A DNA stretch of 64,000 bases. Source: a virus (taxonomy: Duplodnaviria; Caudoviricetes). The stretch spans positions 11,382 through 75,381 of the IMG/VR virus record IMGVR_UViG_3300032075_000001, one strand, 5' to 3'. A model generated the notes under the pieces. The model did not search any database and had not been told where the DNA came from. It saw only the letters and a list, made by a program, of their open reading frames with translations. Numbering within the stretch: position 1 is the stretch's first letter; every line of letters begins with the position of its first letter. The position numbers and the translations under genes were made by a program. Of this stretch, positions 1 through 10,172 are shown in pieces.

Positions 1-67
1 GTCTGGAACACGTACAAATCATGCGCACGGGCGAAGTCTCTTAGTTCCTTGCTGATTGGATTAGCTC

Positions 68-994
68 TCATTTCATCGCACCTTTGCTCAGCGAATCTTT
101 CCATGCAAGAATTGAGTTCGCAGATTTCTCTCGCACTGAGTCCATGAATTTGAGATAGTCGTAGAGTGATTCCTTGCTAAGATCGATATAACCTTCCGGC
201 CATTTTTCCTGAATAGCCGAAATCTGATCAAAAGGCATGCGCGGTTTAGCGGGCCAGACAATTGACTGCAATTCACTGTCTGCATGAGGCCGCAAGTAAG
301 CACGCACTGTGGTTTTGTTTGACTTCGCATCGATTATGGCAGTCTCGAAATGCAGTAGATCAGAGACATAGAAAGGGATCGCGCCTGTAATAGCTTGGCC
401 TACAGCCGCAGGCCCGTAGACGGTCTGCCGTGTTTGCTGGTCCTGCCCTTTGCCCTCATGGGCCGTAAACATTACCCGCTTTGAAAGGGTAGGGAGCGAG
501 CCAAAACCGCCGACGCCCAGCATATCGAGCGCGAATTGCTGCACGAAACCATAGTGTGATCGTCCCGCTGCTCCGAATACTTCGGCTCCCTCGCGAAACT
601 GGCCGACGATGTCTTCAGAAATTTTCTGGCCTTTGCTTACCAAATGTCGCAGGATCAGGAAGGAAATGCTAGTAATACCTTCAACTGCATACGCTCCGAC
701 ATTATCCAGATTTGGATCTTTGCCAAGCGTTCCATCCGGCGTAGGCCAATGGCCCTTCATCAGCAATCTTATATTCTCAAGGAGCGTCTTGCTATCCGTG
801 AGGCGATAGGGATGAATTATTCCCGCTTTGATGAAAGGTTCGATTGTTTCCCAGCCGCCGGGGTCGGCACTGATCAGCCGTACTGGAGCGCCCGTTATCT
901 CGAATACGTATTTTGCGAATTGGCCCACATTAGTAGTTTTTAGCGTGCCACTGCTGCCATAACAGAGAATTGATGCTGCGTAGTTGTCGCTCAT
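68..994 (-). CDS. P-loop ATPase, Sak4/AAA_24-like phage recombination protein
   Basis: N-terminal Walker A YGSSGTLKTT, a Walker B-like AVEGITS and a FTAHE segment; 308 aa; next to a PD-(D/E)XK nuclease gene. Confidence 0.65.
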   Translation of the reverse strand: MSDNYAASILCYGSSGTLKTTNVGQFAKYVFEITGAPVRLISADPGGWETIEPFIKAGIIHPYRLTDSKTLLENIRLLMKGHWPTPDGTLGKDPNLDNVGAYAVEGITSISFLILRHLVSKGQKISEDIVGQFREGAEVFGAAGRSHYGFVQQFALDMLGVGGFGSLPTLSKRVMFTAHEGKGQDQQTRQTVYGPAAVGQAITGAIPFYVSDLLHFETAIIDAKSNKTTVRAYLRPHADSELQSIVWPAKPRMPFDQISAIQEKWPEGYIDLSKESLYDYLKFMDSVREKSANSILAWKDSLSKGAMK

Positions 995-1203
995 TCAGAT
1001 TCCTTTTTGTTTGTTTCGTCTCGCTCAAACTCAACATGAATGTCCATTGTCGTTGGTGGACGTTGGGATAAGAACTTCGATGTTCCCTGCACTCGTTTGG
1101 TGTGCGGTATCCAGAACTTGAAAATGCCCTCGTCGCTCATGTGCTCATACACCCAAAATTTCTGAGTGCCGTGCGTGTAAGTGGCAGTGATGCTGAGGGC
1201 CAT
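991..1203 (-). CDS. Hypothetical protein (70 aa)
   Basis: Overlaps the ATPase start by 4 nt and lies in the same operon. Confidence 0.5.
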   Translation of the reverse strand: MALSITATYTHGTQKFWVYEHMSDEGIFKFWIPHTKRVQGTSKFLSQRPPTTMDIHVEFERDETNKKESE

Positions 1204-1209
1204 TTTCGT

Positions 1210-1644
1210 CTACTTCCAGATATGTTGTAGTGTTAGAACTGCCAAGCCTCTACGGAAATTACATCCTTGACAAACAGGCTCCACAGTCAGCGGTTTGGTG
1301 TAATCCCTGTGATCGTAATGTTGGGCCTTCTTCTGGCAATCAACACAACGTACATTTCCATTTGTAAGACGTGGCAGCTTTCCCTGAATGATTGCTCGAT
1401 GAACTTTATGTGCAGCTTCTCGACGCAAGCTATACAATTTCTGTCTAACCTTTAAAGGCAACGCTTGAGAAGCATTTTGATATAGAAAGCAGCCGAGTCT
1501 CCTTAGCGATGAGTTAGTCGGTGCAGATTCCCCGGTTTCCCATCTAGAGATTGTTTTAGCGGAAACATCCAAAGCCCGTGCTATCTCTTCTTGTGACATT
1601 TCAAGGTTCTCTCGAATGGCCCTAAACTGTTTTGCAGTAATCAT
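1210..1644 (-). CDS. XRE-type HTH fused to an HNH-like zinc-binding domain
   Basis: N-terminus IRENLEMSQEEIARALDVSAKTISRWETG; C-terminus CVDC..HYDHRDYTKPLTVEPVCQGC. Confidence 0.75.
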   Translation of the reverse strand: MITAKQFRAIRENLEMSQEEIARALDVSAKTISRWETGESAPTNSSLRRLGCFLYQNASQALPLKVRQKLYSLRREAAHKVHRAIIQGKLPRLTNGNVRCVDCQKKAQHYDHRDYTKPLTVEPVCQGCNFRRGLAVLTLQHIWK

Positions 1645-1656
1645 GTCAGGGAGCGG

Positions 1657-1686
1657 AGTATAGACAAGTGTCTAGACATCTGTCAA
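1657..1686 (-). promoter_or_regulatory. Sigma70-like promoter with nested palindromes upstream of the HTH-HNH gene
   Basis: Minus-strand TTGACA (1686-1681), 18-nt spacer, TATACT (1662-1657); palindromes TAGACA-AG-TGTCTA (1661-1674) and TGTCTAGACA (1669-1678). Confidence 0.6.
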
Positions 1687-1697
1687 CACTTATTTCG

Positions 1698-2819
1698 TTA
1701 GTCGGGAGAAATTTCTTCGTGATGATCAACTCGCGGCACATACAGCCCGCAGTCAGGATCTAATCGATCGTGGCAGATTGGGGCATACGAACAGGTTCGC
1801 TGATAGTTGAAGCACGAATGACGATACATTGGAAAATGTTCATCGAGCATAGCCGGAGTGAGCACTTTCAGTTGACGTTCAATTCTCGACTCCTGATGCT
1901 GAGCTTGCACGAGCCATTCCGATAATTCAGCCGCGTTCCTCTCATGCGGGATGGGAGTGACGAATAACTCACTCAGTCCATTCGAGTCCTGCACCTTGCG
2001 ATCTGCAAGTAACTCGATCCATTCCTTGATTGACATGTGTTCCCAGATGTTCACTCGACTAAACGAATTCCCGAGCGATGATCTACGTCCGTTCTTCTCG
2101 AAGTAGTATTGCCATGCCCATTCGTCATCTGACGAGGTTATGCCAGATTTGAGCCACGGATGAACGAGGAAAGTAGCCTGAATGTAGGAGTCGTCTTTCT
2201 GCTTCTGTCTCGAACCCTTGATGAAGATCTCATCCTGAATTCCAGCGACTTTCTCTCCTAATCTCTGCTCGATAGCTGCCATCTCACTCAATCCCTGCAC
2301 ATTGTAACGAGACGACTTCAATTCTCGATCCGTCCAAGCGTAGGATGACTTCAGATTGAAGATGTACAATCCGCCTGTGTTGAGCTTGCGCAAGAGGGCG
2401 TCTGGACGATAGGCGAGATCAATGTTGTCAGTCCACTCACTCCACAATCCCTCTCGCTCAACCTCGATCACTTCGTAAGTCCCGAGAAAGTCGGGCAGGC
2501 GTTCTATCGCCCATGCGCGAATGAATCCCTCGATCAGTGCTTGACCTTCCTTGTAGACGAATGACTGAGATTCGAGATCGTCGATGTCAAAGTCGCGTTC
2601 CTCGCATTGATCGGCGTAGGCAAGGAGCGCATGTCCGACAGCGTCATCCGGTTCGTGGCCCTGCAAGAGCGACGCAACTCCTACATGCAATCCCTGACCC
2701 CAGACGAGCGGCACGGCTTGACGACGAGGTTCGATTCCGGTTGAGTTGTAGTGGAATTGTAAGTAACGTTTGCGCGGGCAGCTTTGATATGTAGTGATCG
2801 CTGTGCGAGATGTTTTCAT
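1698..2819 (-). CDS. PD-(D/E)XK nuclease (RecB/Cas4-like phage exonuclease)
   Basis: SRTAITTYQSCPRKRYL start, WGQGLH, EVIEVEREG, YRPDALLR, FNLKSS and C-terminal C..YQRTCSYAPIC cysteines. Confidence 0.75.
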   Translation of the reverse strand: MKTSRTAITTYQSCPRKRYLQFHYNSTGIEPRRQAVPLVWGQGLHVGVASLLQGHEPDDAVGHALLAYADQCEERDFDIDDLESQSFVYKEGQALIEGFIRAWAIERLPDFLGTYEVIEVEREGLWSEWTDNIDLAYRPDALLRKLNTGGLYIFNLKSSYAWTDRELKSSRYNVQGLSEMAAIEQRLGEKVAGIQDEIFIKGSRQKQKDDSYIQATFLVHPWLKSGITSSDDEWAWQYYFEKNGRRSSLGNSFSRVNIWEHMSIKEWIELLADRKVQDSNGLSELFVTPIPHERNAAELSEWLVQAQHQESRIERQLKVLTPAMLDEHFPMYRHSCFNYQRTCSYAPICHDRLDPDCGLYVPRVDHHEEISPD

Positions 2820-2872
2820 CGTGATTTGGGACTATACATCCTTCCTTGAACAGAATCAAGGTTTTATTTCCA

Positions 2873-2902
2873 TTGACATCAAATGTATTCAAGATTTATA
2901 TT
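2873..2902 (+). promoter_or_regulatory. Sigma70-like promoter of the HTH/helicase operon
   Basis: TTGACA 2873-2878, 18-nt spacer, TATATT 2897-2902; ATG at 2911 implies a very short leader. Confidence 0.6.
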
Positions 2903-2910
2903 GAGCACCT

Positions 2911-3144
2911 ATGAGCAAGTCCAATGGAAAGTATTTAACAGTTCAGGAATTTGCCAAGCGCGTTGGTATTTCAGAGGCCGCAGTTTACCTCGCCATTAAG
3001 GAAAAGCGCATCGGCTGCATCAGTGCGTTTGGAGAGCGCAAAGCTATTCCGGCGGAAGAATTGGACTATCTCACCCGGCGGTCGAAGACGGAAGCAAAGC
3101 AGACCAAAGTGCTCCGTCGTGATCGATTCGATCTAGTTGCTTAA
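2911..3144 (+). CDS. Excisionase/MerR-like HTH DNA-binding protein
   Basis: YLTVQEFAKRVGISEAAVYLAIKEKRI...IPAEEL pattern. Confidence 0.75.
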   Translation: MSKSNGKYLTVQEFAKRVGISEAAVYLAIKEKRIGCISAFGERKAIPAEELDYLTRRSKTEAKQTKVLRRDRFDLVA

Positions 3145-3159
3145 GTACTGCTCTATCAA

Positions 3160-4410
3160 ATGCCATCATCCCCTAAACTGGATTTACGCCAGATCCGTCT
3201 ACGCGACAGGTATCTGGCTGATTATCCAAATACAATCTACGGGCTCGGGGAATGGCGCAGATATGACAATGGAGTTTGGCCTGTCGTTCACGAATTACTG
3301 ATTCGCCGTGAGATCCAAGAATCAGTAATGGGCCAACGACAGGTAGCTATCAAAGTTGACAATGCTCTCATCAACTCCCTTTATAATCTTATCAAAGCTC
3401 ACAGATTTATTTCCGACAGCCAATTCGATCGAGATAAAGGCTTGCTTATATTTGACGATTGCACACTTGACTTCCTGACCGGAGAACGTCGTGGGCACTT
3501 GCCTGAGAATTATCGAACCTCGAAGTTGCCTTTTGCTTATGATCCTGACGCAACTTCGGATTGTTGGTTAAAGTTTCTGTTTGAAGTCGTCGGCGAAGAA
3601 GTAGCCAACTTCCTGCAAGAATTTGCGGGATATGCAATCACTGGATTAACAAAGTATGAGATAGCCGTTTGGTTGTATGGCCCTCCCGGTGGCGGCAAAT
3701 CTACATTTATCACCGGATTAGAGTCGATGTTAGGTGCGCAGTGTGGAGTACTCGGGCTATCGGATATTGAGACAAGTAACTTCGGCCTTACCAATCTCCC
3801 CGGCAAGACTCTGGTAATCTCGACTGAACAACCCGCCCATTTCATCAAATCCGCCCATATCGTCAACGCGCTTATTTCTGGTGAGAGAGTCACCGTAGAT
3901 CGTAAGTTCCGCGATCCTGTCACTTTCGCCTCTCAGTGCAAAATCCTCTGGGCGATGAATGAGCTGCCGCGAGTGGATGACAAAGGCGCTGGTATCTTTC
4001 GCCGAGTGAAACTGGTCCATTTCCCATCAATCGACGAAAACAAACGAGATCCGCGCGTGAAAGAGGAAATTCAAGTGTCCGGTATGGCAATCCTCAACTG
4101 GGCGCGAATCGGATTGCAGCGACTTCTTCAACGCGGACGATTCCAGATTCCCGACGTAGTTCAAGCGGCAACTGAGCACTATCGGATCAACAATGATATT
4201 CCGAGGATGTTTGTTGAGGAGCGTTGTGAGGCCGATTCTACTGGGAAAATTCAAGCACAAACTCTCTATGAAATGTACCGAGAATGGTGCTCCGATACGG
4301 GCCATAAGCCCCTTGCCTCGCCCCGCTTCTCCGAAGAAATGCAACGCCTTGGATTCCATAAAGTCAAGATTGGCAACGTTTACTATCGAGGGCTGAAGCT
4401 GCGTGCATGA
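3160..4410 (+). CDS. D5/P4-primase-family SF3 helicase (no primase domain)
   Basis: LLIFDDCTLD..TGERRGHLPENYRTSKLPFAYDPDA, Walker A GPPGGGKST, WAMNELP, IFRRVKLVHF and C-terminal YYRGLKL. Confidence 0.85.
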   Translation: MPSSPKLDLRQIRLRDRYLADYPNTIYGLGEWRRYDNGVWPVVHELLIRREIQESVMGQRQVAIKVDNALINSLYNLIKAHRFISDSQFDRDKGLLIFDDCTLDFLTGERRGHLPENYRTSKLPFAYDPDATSDCWLKFLFEVVGEEVANFLQEFAGYAITGLTKYEIAVWLYGPPGGGKSTFITGLESMLGAQCGVLGLSDIETSNFGLTNLPGKTLVISTEQPAHFIKSAHIVNALISGERVTVDRKFRDPVTFASQCKILWAMNELPRVDDKGAGIFRRVKLVHFPSIDENKRDPRVKEEIQVSGMAILNWARIGLQRLLQRGRFQIPDVVQAATEHYRINNDIPRMFVEERCEADSTGKIQAQTLYEMYREWCSDTGHKPLASPRFSEEMQRLGFHKVKIGNVYYRGLKLRA

Positions 4411-4424
4411 TAACCGTGCAATTG

Positions 4425-4533
4425 GGGAGGATAGGGAGGATAGGGAGGCATTCTCTATTTATACTCTATTACTATCGCGCCGCCCGAGGTAAAATATACA
4501 GGGTAAATAGGTTAGTCCTCCCTATCCTCCCTA
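4425..4533. repeat. Iteron-like inverted repeat, putative replication origin
   Basis: GGGAGGATA tandem repeats at 4425-4448; a 17-bp perfect inverted copy CCTCCCTATCCTCCCTA at 4517-4533; AT-rich spacer; directly after the helicase stop. Confidence 0.7.
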
Positions 4534-4562
4534 GTGGTCGAACAACGGAGTTAAACTTTCGG

Positions 4563-6146
4563 TCAACTTGACTCACTTCCCTCTCCCTTGAGTTGCTCAA
4601 GCGTGGTTGCAATCTCCCGCAATCCGCGCGGATCGATAGTTCGTAATCCGTCGCCGTCGCTGTAATCTAAATCAGTCATCGTCCTGACGGCGTTCGCGCA
4701 CTCTCCAATAGCATCAGCGCGGGCGGTGGTGTCGCGTCTGCGAAGTTCAGCTACAAGCAACTCGACGCAGTTCTTTCCAGTGTTGTCCTTGACCGCTTCG
4801 CGCAAGTCAAATCCGATTTCGTCGGCCCAGCGAAAGCAAGGCAGAATGTAATTCTGTTCGTATTCGCGATACTTGGCTGTGAGTCGTTCTACCTCACCTT
4901 TAAGCCGCTCGATTTCATCCGCGCTTTCGCGTAACTGATCCAGCTCCGCACTGACTTCCTTGATTCTGGCGATGATTTCAGGCGTGGACATGACGCGACC
5001 ATTACGCGCGATGAAGGTTAAATCAAGGAACGACGTGATATGGCCCATCGCCTCAACTTCTGGTTGCTGTGCTGGTAAGTAACGAGAGAGGATTGCTCGG
5101 ACTGTTCGAGAATCCGGTAACTCGTCAATCTCAACTGACAGAAAGTGGTCCATAATCTCTCTAACAACATCTTCTACTGCTGTTGTGGTTGGGGTAGTAG
5201 TGCCGTCTCCGCATGTGCAAATCGCGTCAGCCCGAATCCAGACATCGCACTCGACAGTATGGCCCGCTGACTGACGCTGTTCTTTTTGTTTTCTCTCTTG
5301 CTCTAGTAAATTTTCCGCTAGCTGAAATACCAAGTCATTAGTGAAGCCGGAATCCGCTAGCCTCGTCCTAATTTCTTCGACTAAACGTAGAGCGCTGTCT
5401 GAAACCCTACGGCCCTCATAAGGATCGGCTTCTGGTTGCGCTACTGAGGGAGCAGGGGCGGTACTCGCAACTTCTTCGGGCGTTCTTACGGCCCCGCACC
5501 AACACAACAGATTCGGAGTTCCCGTCCACTTCTTGAAGACATGATCGTGGACAAGCTGATACCCCTCTTTAGTTCCCGTAACAATATCGAGCGAGCGACA
5601 CATGCCGCACCATTGGATCGTGTTAGAGCGCGTGGTTCCCACGGGAACATGGCAGGTGCAGTGACAATAACGCGAACCTTCGTCCACTTCACCCTCAAGG
5701 CAGACTTCGGGATCGTGATCCGTGCAGCCGCACACCTGCTCCCCCGCCTGTTCAGTCGATGCAGGGAATACGCACTTGCAGCCACACGGTACGTAGCGGT
5801 CAGTATCGGTTAGGTTGTAATCGCAAATCTCACTATTACGCTCTGACCATTTCCGCTCATGCCCGCACTCCCCGCACCGCGTACTCGTCTCGGTGGGGGC
5901 GGTGGCGCGGAATTCACTACATGGTTCGTCCAATCCGCGACAGCCTAAGCACTCATCGTGGTCGCTGAATAGTTCGTGGTCTGATTTAGGATGGCCGCAA
6001 ACGCATTTCGTAGTTCCACCGTCTTTAAGCTGGGAGAGTAAGTAGTCGATGTAACTCAGCAACCGCGAACACGTCATACATTCAACGTTGCCCCATAGCG
6101 GCGCACAACCTTCTTTGATTTCATCAATTGTGTATTGAGTGCTCAT
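4563..6146 (-). CDS. Hypothetical Cys/His-rich mosaic protein (527 aa)
   Basis: Long ORF with many CxxC/CxC/H motifs in the N-terminal half and a coiled-coil C-terminus. Confidence 0.65.
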   Translation of the reverse strand: MSTQYTIDEIKEGCAPLWGNVECMTCSRLLSYIDYLLSQLKDGGTTKCVCGHPKSDHELFSDHDECLGCRGLDEPCSEFRATAPTETSTRCGECGHERKWSERNSEICDYNLTDTDRYVPCGCKCVFPASTEQAGEQVCGCTDHDPEVCLEGEVDEGSRYCHCTCHVPVGTTRSNTIQWCGMCRSLDIVTGTKEGYQLVHDHVFKKWTGTPNLLCWCGAVRTPEEVASTAPAPSVAQPEADPYEGRRVSDSALRLVEEIRTRLADSGFTNDLVFQLAENLLEQERKQKEQRQSAGHTVECDVWIRADAICTCGDGTTTPTTTAVEDVVREIMDHFLSVEIDELPDSRTVRAILSRYLPAQQPEVEAMGHITSFLDLTFIARNGRVMSTPEIIARIKEVSAELDQLRESADEIERLKGEVERLTAKYREYEQNYILPCFRWADEIGFDLREAVKDNTGKNCVELLVAELRRRDTTARADAIGECANAVRTMTDLDYSDGDGLRTIDPRGLREIATTLEQLKGEGSESS

Positions 6147-9100
6147 GCTGTTGTGCCTTTCACTTTCGACGGGAACTCGACCTCGTGTTCCTTCGCCCGC
6201 TTCACCATTGCGGGCCGAAGTTCCTTCTTCAGTTCGTCTGCGAGGTTCTGTAACTCGACGGCCTTGTCTCGCTGTCGCTGGCTAAACAACTGCGTTGCTT
6301 TCTTTTCCAGATAAGCGCAGCAATCATCCAAGCCACTGTAATGACCGTCCAGCCACTTTTGCGTGGCGAGATTGTCCAGTGAATAAACCTCGCCGTCGTC
6401 ATCCTTTAGTAGCGTTTCTCTGCTCACGATGATTCACAGCCTTTCACTTCGTCGTGCTCACGAATTACCCCTGCGAGCACTTCCTGCACTTCCTGAAGTT
6501 CTCCGTCGATGATCCTGCGGCCCCATTCCAAAACATTCTCAGGAACGCCGCTGGTTAACTTTGCTGATAACTCAGTTGCGAACCTACTAGCCATTCCCTT
6601 CACCTACCTTTCCGCTTAGTGCGGCGCGAGATTCGATCACGGCAGCTTCAATTGCGGCCCACACTTCAGGCGCGATCCACTTGCGACTTTCAGCGTCCGC
6701 TAGCAGCGCCTCGTAAGGTATCGCTGCTTTCACCAGCGCCTCCCGCAGTCGGCCTACCTCTGCAAGTAGGGCATCACGTTCGTTTACTGTGGTGGCTATT
6801 GGTGATTGCTGGAACAGGTGGATGTTCTCCCAGCCAACACAAGCCGCACGGCGTAATAAGTTGATAAGGTGTGTATCGCAGTTGGGTTTGCGGGACTCTT
6901 CGTCAACGAAGTATTTGATTCCGCGCGCGTATTCCAGCAACGTGCAGTCCAGATAACCGAGCGAGAGCGTTCCCGCAAGAACTTCTTCGTATTCGTCAGC
7001 CATAATCAGCCCCTTCTTTAACTGTCCAGATCAGGACATTTCTTCAGCAGTTGGCCCTCTAGCTCAATGATTCGCCGCCCGTTCCTTTTGCGCGCGCTCA
7101 CGATTCGCTCTGCCTTCTTAATTAGATCGGCAATTGCAATGTCAGGAGTAGCCTCTAACGCATTGGTCAGGGCCAGCCACTTATCAAACGGAACCATGAC
7201 TACCGCCTCGGTCTTCTTACGTTTCGCTGTCGCCTCATTGCTCATTGGGGTTGCTCCTGCGTTGTCGTCTCCTCTGACTCTGTGTACGACATCTCCCAAC
7301 AAGGGGCCACCACTGATAGCGAAATACGCGGCCCCACCGATATTCTGTCGTATGCTCCTGTTCTGCTTTACAGTTCAAACACCGCCTTCTCCGTATAAAG
7401 GAATTCGGGTTCTGAAATTCTTCCCATTGGTGTTTCACCTTAGTTGCTCTTCGCGTCTTAGCTCAAGTAGTAAGACATTAATCAGAGATGCGGCATCGTA
7501 CAATTCCTGCTTACACTTTCTGTCGAGCGGCTCACTTGTCGGCCAGTGATCGGCTATTTGTTCAAGATACTTCACGGTTAATACGGCCATGATTTCAGGA
7601 TCGTCTCTCAACGGATCAATCAGCAACTCGGATACGACGCCATCGTTAGTGCGGGATGAGATCCGTACTGTCACCTGCTCAATGTTTTTCCGCCATGTCT
7701 GGGCGTCTTTTTTATTCAGCTTCATCTCAGTTGATTTACTCGCAAGTCGCGCAACGCTTCCGCGACATATTCAGACTCGGTGTCGCGCCATTGTTCCTCG
7801 TCAGTTTCCAGCCACTCACCAACAGACTTGAGAACGCGCTCAAGCAAGCGATCAGGCCCGGCAATCAGCCCGTGGTCCTTCTCGACGTGATCCTTAAAAG
7901 CCTCTTGCAACCGTTCCTTCAGCGTGTCAGCCATCTATTCCCCTTTCCCTGCAATCACTGGGAGTCAGTCGTCGAAGTGACAACAGTCCTCATCATCCGC
8001 GTCCATTCCGCTCCCGCAATTCGTACAGGTGTGATCATTCTCCACGTCCGCGCTCATCAGTTGCGCCTCGCAGTTGAGACAGTAGCCGTGGTCGTAGTCT
8101 GAGCGGGATTCGGTAACTCGCTCGCGGAGTCGTTCCCTTAGCTTGTCAGCGTCGATCATTTCATTACCCTCTCATTCCCGACGCGGAACATCTCGCGCAT
8201 GTCGGAGTTTTGCTGCAACTCGCGTCGTTCCGCTCGCTTCCCCTGCTCATACCAGTACTCAGCACACTCGCGCTCAGTGGTCTTCGTCATCGACAACGGC
8301 GCAAGTTCCCAGTCGTCATCGAAAGAGGGGAGTAGGTAACCTCCATTTACACGAACCTCCGCATTCGTCGCGTCAATCGCCGCATCGATCACTCGTGCTC
8401 GCTCAGTCTGAGAGAGTCGATGAAGTGCGCAGTCGCAGTCGGGTTCGCTCAACGCCTCCCGCACTCGTTCCAGCACTTGTCGTTTCTCGAATTTGATGGC
8501 GGCGGCACACATGGCGCATGGGTTACCTGCGTTAGCCTGACACGTCGCGGAGTCGTGGGTGGTGGTTGTAGTCATTGTCGTCTGATCCTTTCTGCTGCTT
8601 GCGCAATTACGCTTCGTATGCCCGCCGCTTCACGGCGCAGCTTGTCAGCCAGCTTTTAACTGCGCATCCACTTGATGCGTGGACCAACCCCCGGAACGCG
8701 ACTGGCCAGCCCACAGATCCATCTGGTTAGCGTCGCGATCCTTCTCTTCCGCTGCGCCTTGCAACGCAATGATTAAGGTTTGGGTAAGTTCGTCAGTCAT
8801 TGTCCGAATTCCTCCCTGATGAGTGCGGTTAGCTTCCGCGCGAAGTCGATAGCCCGGCGCTCCTCGCCTACCTGAAATCCGATCTTTGCAGTTACGTGCG
8901 GCCACTCTCGCGCGCCGCCGAATGCATCTTTTTCGGAACCGTTATAATGCTCGTGAATCTCGACGGTGTGAGCATTACCGACTTTGCAATTATTTCCAAT
9001 CCTGCCCTCAATACTGATCTTGCTCATCCTTCGCCTCCTCGGGTGGTGGGGTTAGTCGTCGCGATCTCCGCCGTCGTTGGTTATTCCATAAACTTCATCT

Positions 9101-9260
9101 ATGAGCGTGTCGCCCGTATATGGCTCACCGTCGCCGCACCTGTGGACCTCAAGCGTGCCGCTGTTTGAAAATAACGCAAGCGTTTTAGGCCACGTCTTAG
9201 CGAGCTTCCGTAAACGCGCAATCGCAGCCTTTTCCTTCGTAGTCAGATCGTCAAAATCAA

Positions 9261-9422
9261 TCATCTGCTCCCTCTCCCTTTCGGTCCCGGCTTCGTTTTC
9301 TGTCGTGGTCTGTCCCAGTACGGTGAATTGCAACTTGCACAGGTGCGTGGCTTCTCGGTTGCACGCGGCCACCAGCGATGACCACAGCGAAGGCAAAGTA
9401 GCTGCTTTAACGTTTGGGCCAT
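9261..9422 (-). CDS. Small zinc-ribbon protein (53 aa, not in the ORF track)
   Basis: Manual translation: MAQTLKQLLCLRCGHRWSPRATEKPRTCASCNSPYWDRPRQKTKPGPKGRGSR. Confidence 0.7.
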   Translation of the reverse strand: MAQTLKQLLCLRCGHRWWPRATEKPRTCASCNSPYWDRPRQKTKPGPKGRGSR

Positions 9423-10143
9423 AACTACGCCGCCGCCTCGTATAGAACATCCGACTCTAACGGAACCCGCCAGACGTACACGTGATCGCGCGGGCTAAAT
9501 GTCAGCTTCTTCGCATCGGCAATGGGCCATACTCCTTCGACTGCCTTGCGCGGTGACAGCTTGCGATAGCTCATAGCGGCCACGTCCGGTTCTGCTCGGA
9601 ACCATTCGTCAACTTTCAAATCGACAAACTCGACAACGACTAGCCGTTTTCTACTTTCCTCAATGTCTCTTTTTATTTCCCGTTCAAGCTCTTGCGCAAA
9701 GCCCCATGAACCAAACATCTTCGCAGTCGCTGCAAGCGTGGCCCGACTGGCGATATTGGACATGGTAGACGAGGACGTTTCGCCTTGATGTGCCCACGAG
9801 ATAACATAGCCTTTATACCGTTCGCAGAATTGCTCGAAAGCGGGCAGGACGTCTTCCAATGTCGCCGCTTTAGACAGAGAGTAGCTGGCTTCAATCAGCA
9901 CGGTCAGCGTCGTTTGATCTTCGATAAGTCCCTCACCACGCCATGAAATTCCATCCGTCGGATCGACAGCGATTCGGGCAACAGCATCTGCGATGGATTC
10001 ACGCAGCTTGGTATCCATTCCGTCCATCCGTGTATATGTCTGTTTCAACACATCAGCGAACGGTCGTTCAGGGCTTAGTGTTTTGTCGAGTCTGTATGGT
10101 TCGTTATGTAACATCTTCGTTGTCCTCCTTAAAGTCGAAGGTA

Positions 10144-10172
10144 GTTATACTCTCTATATATCGACTTGTCAA
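10144..10172 (-). promoter_or_regulatory. Sigma70-like promoter for the 10114 leftward operon
   Basis: Minus-strand TTGACA (10172-10167), 17-nt spacer, TATAAC (10149-10144). Confidence 0.65.
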
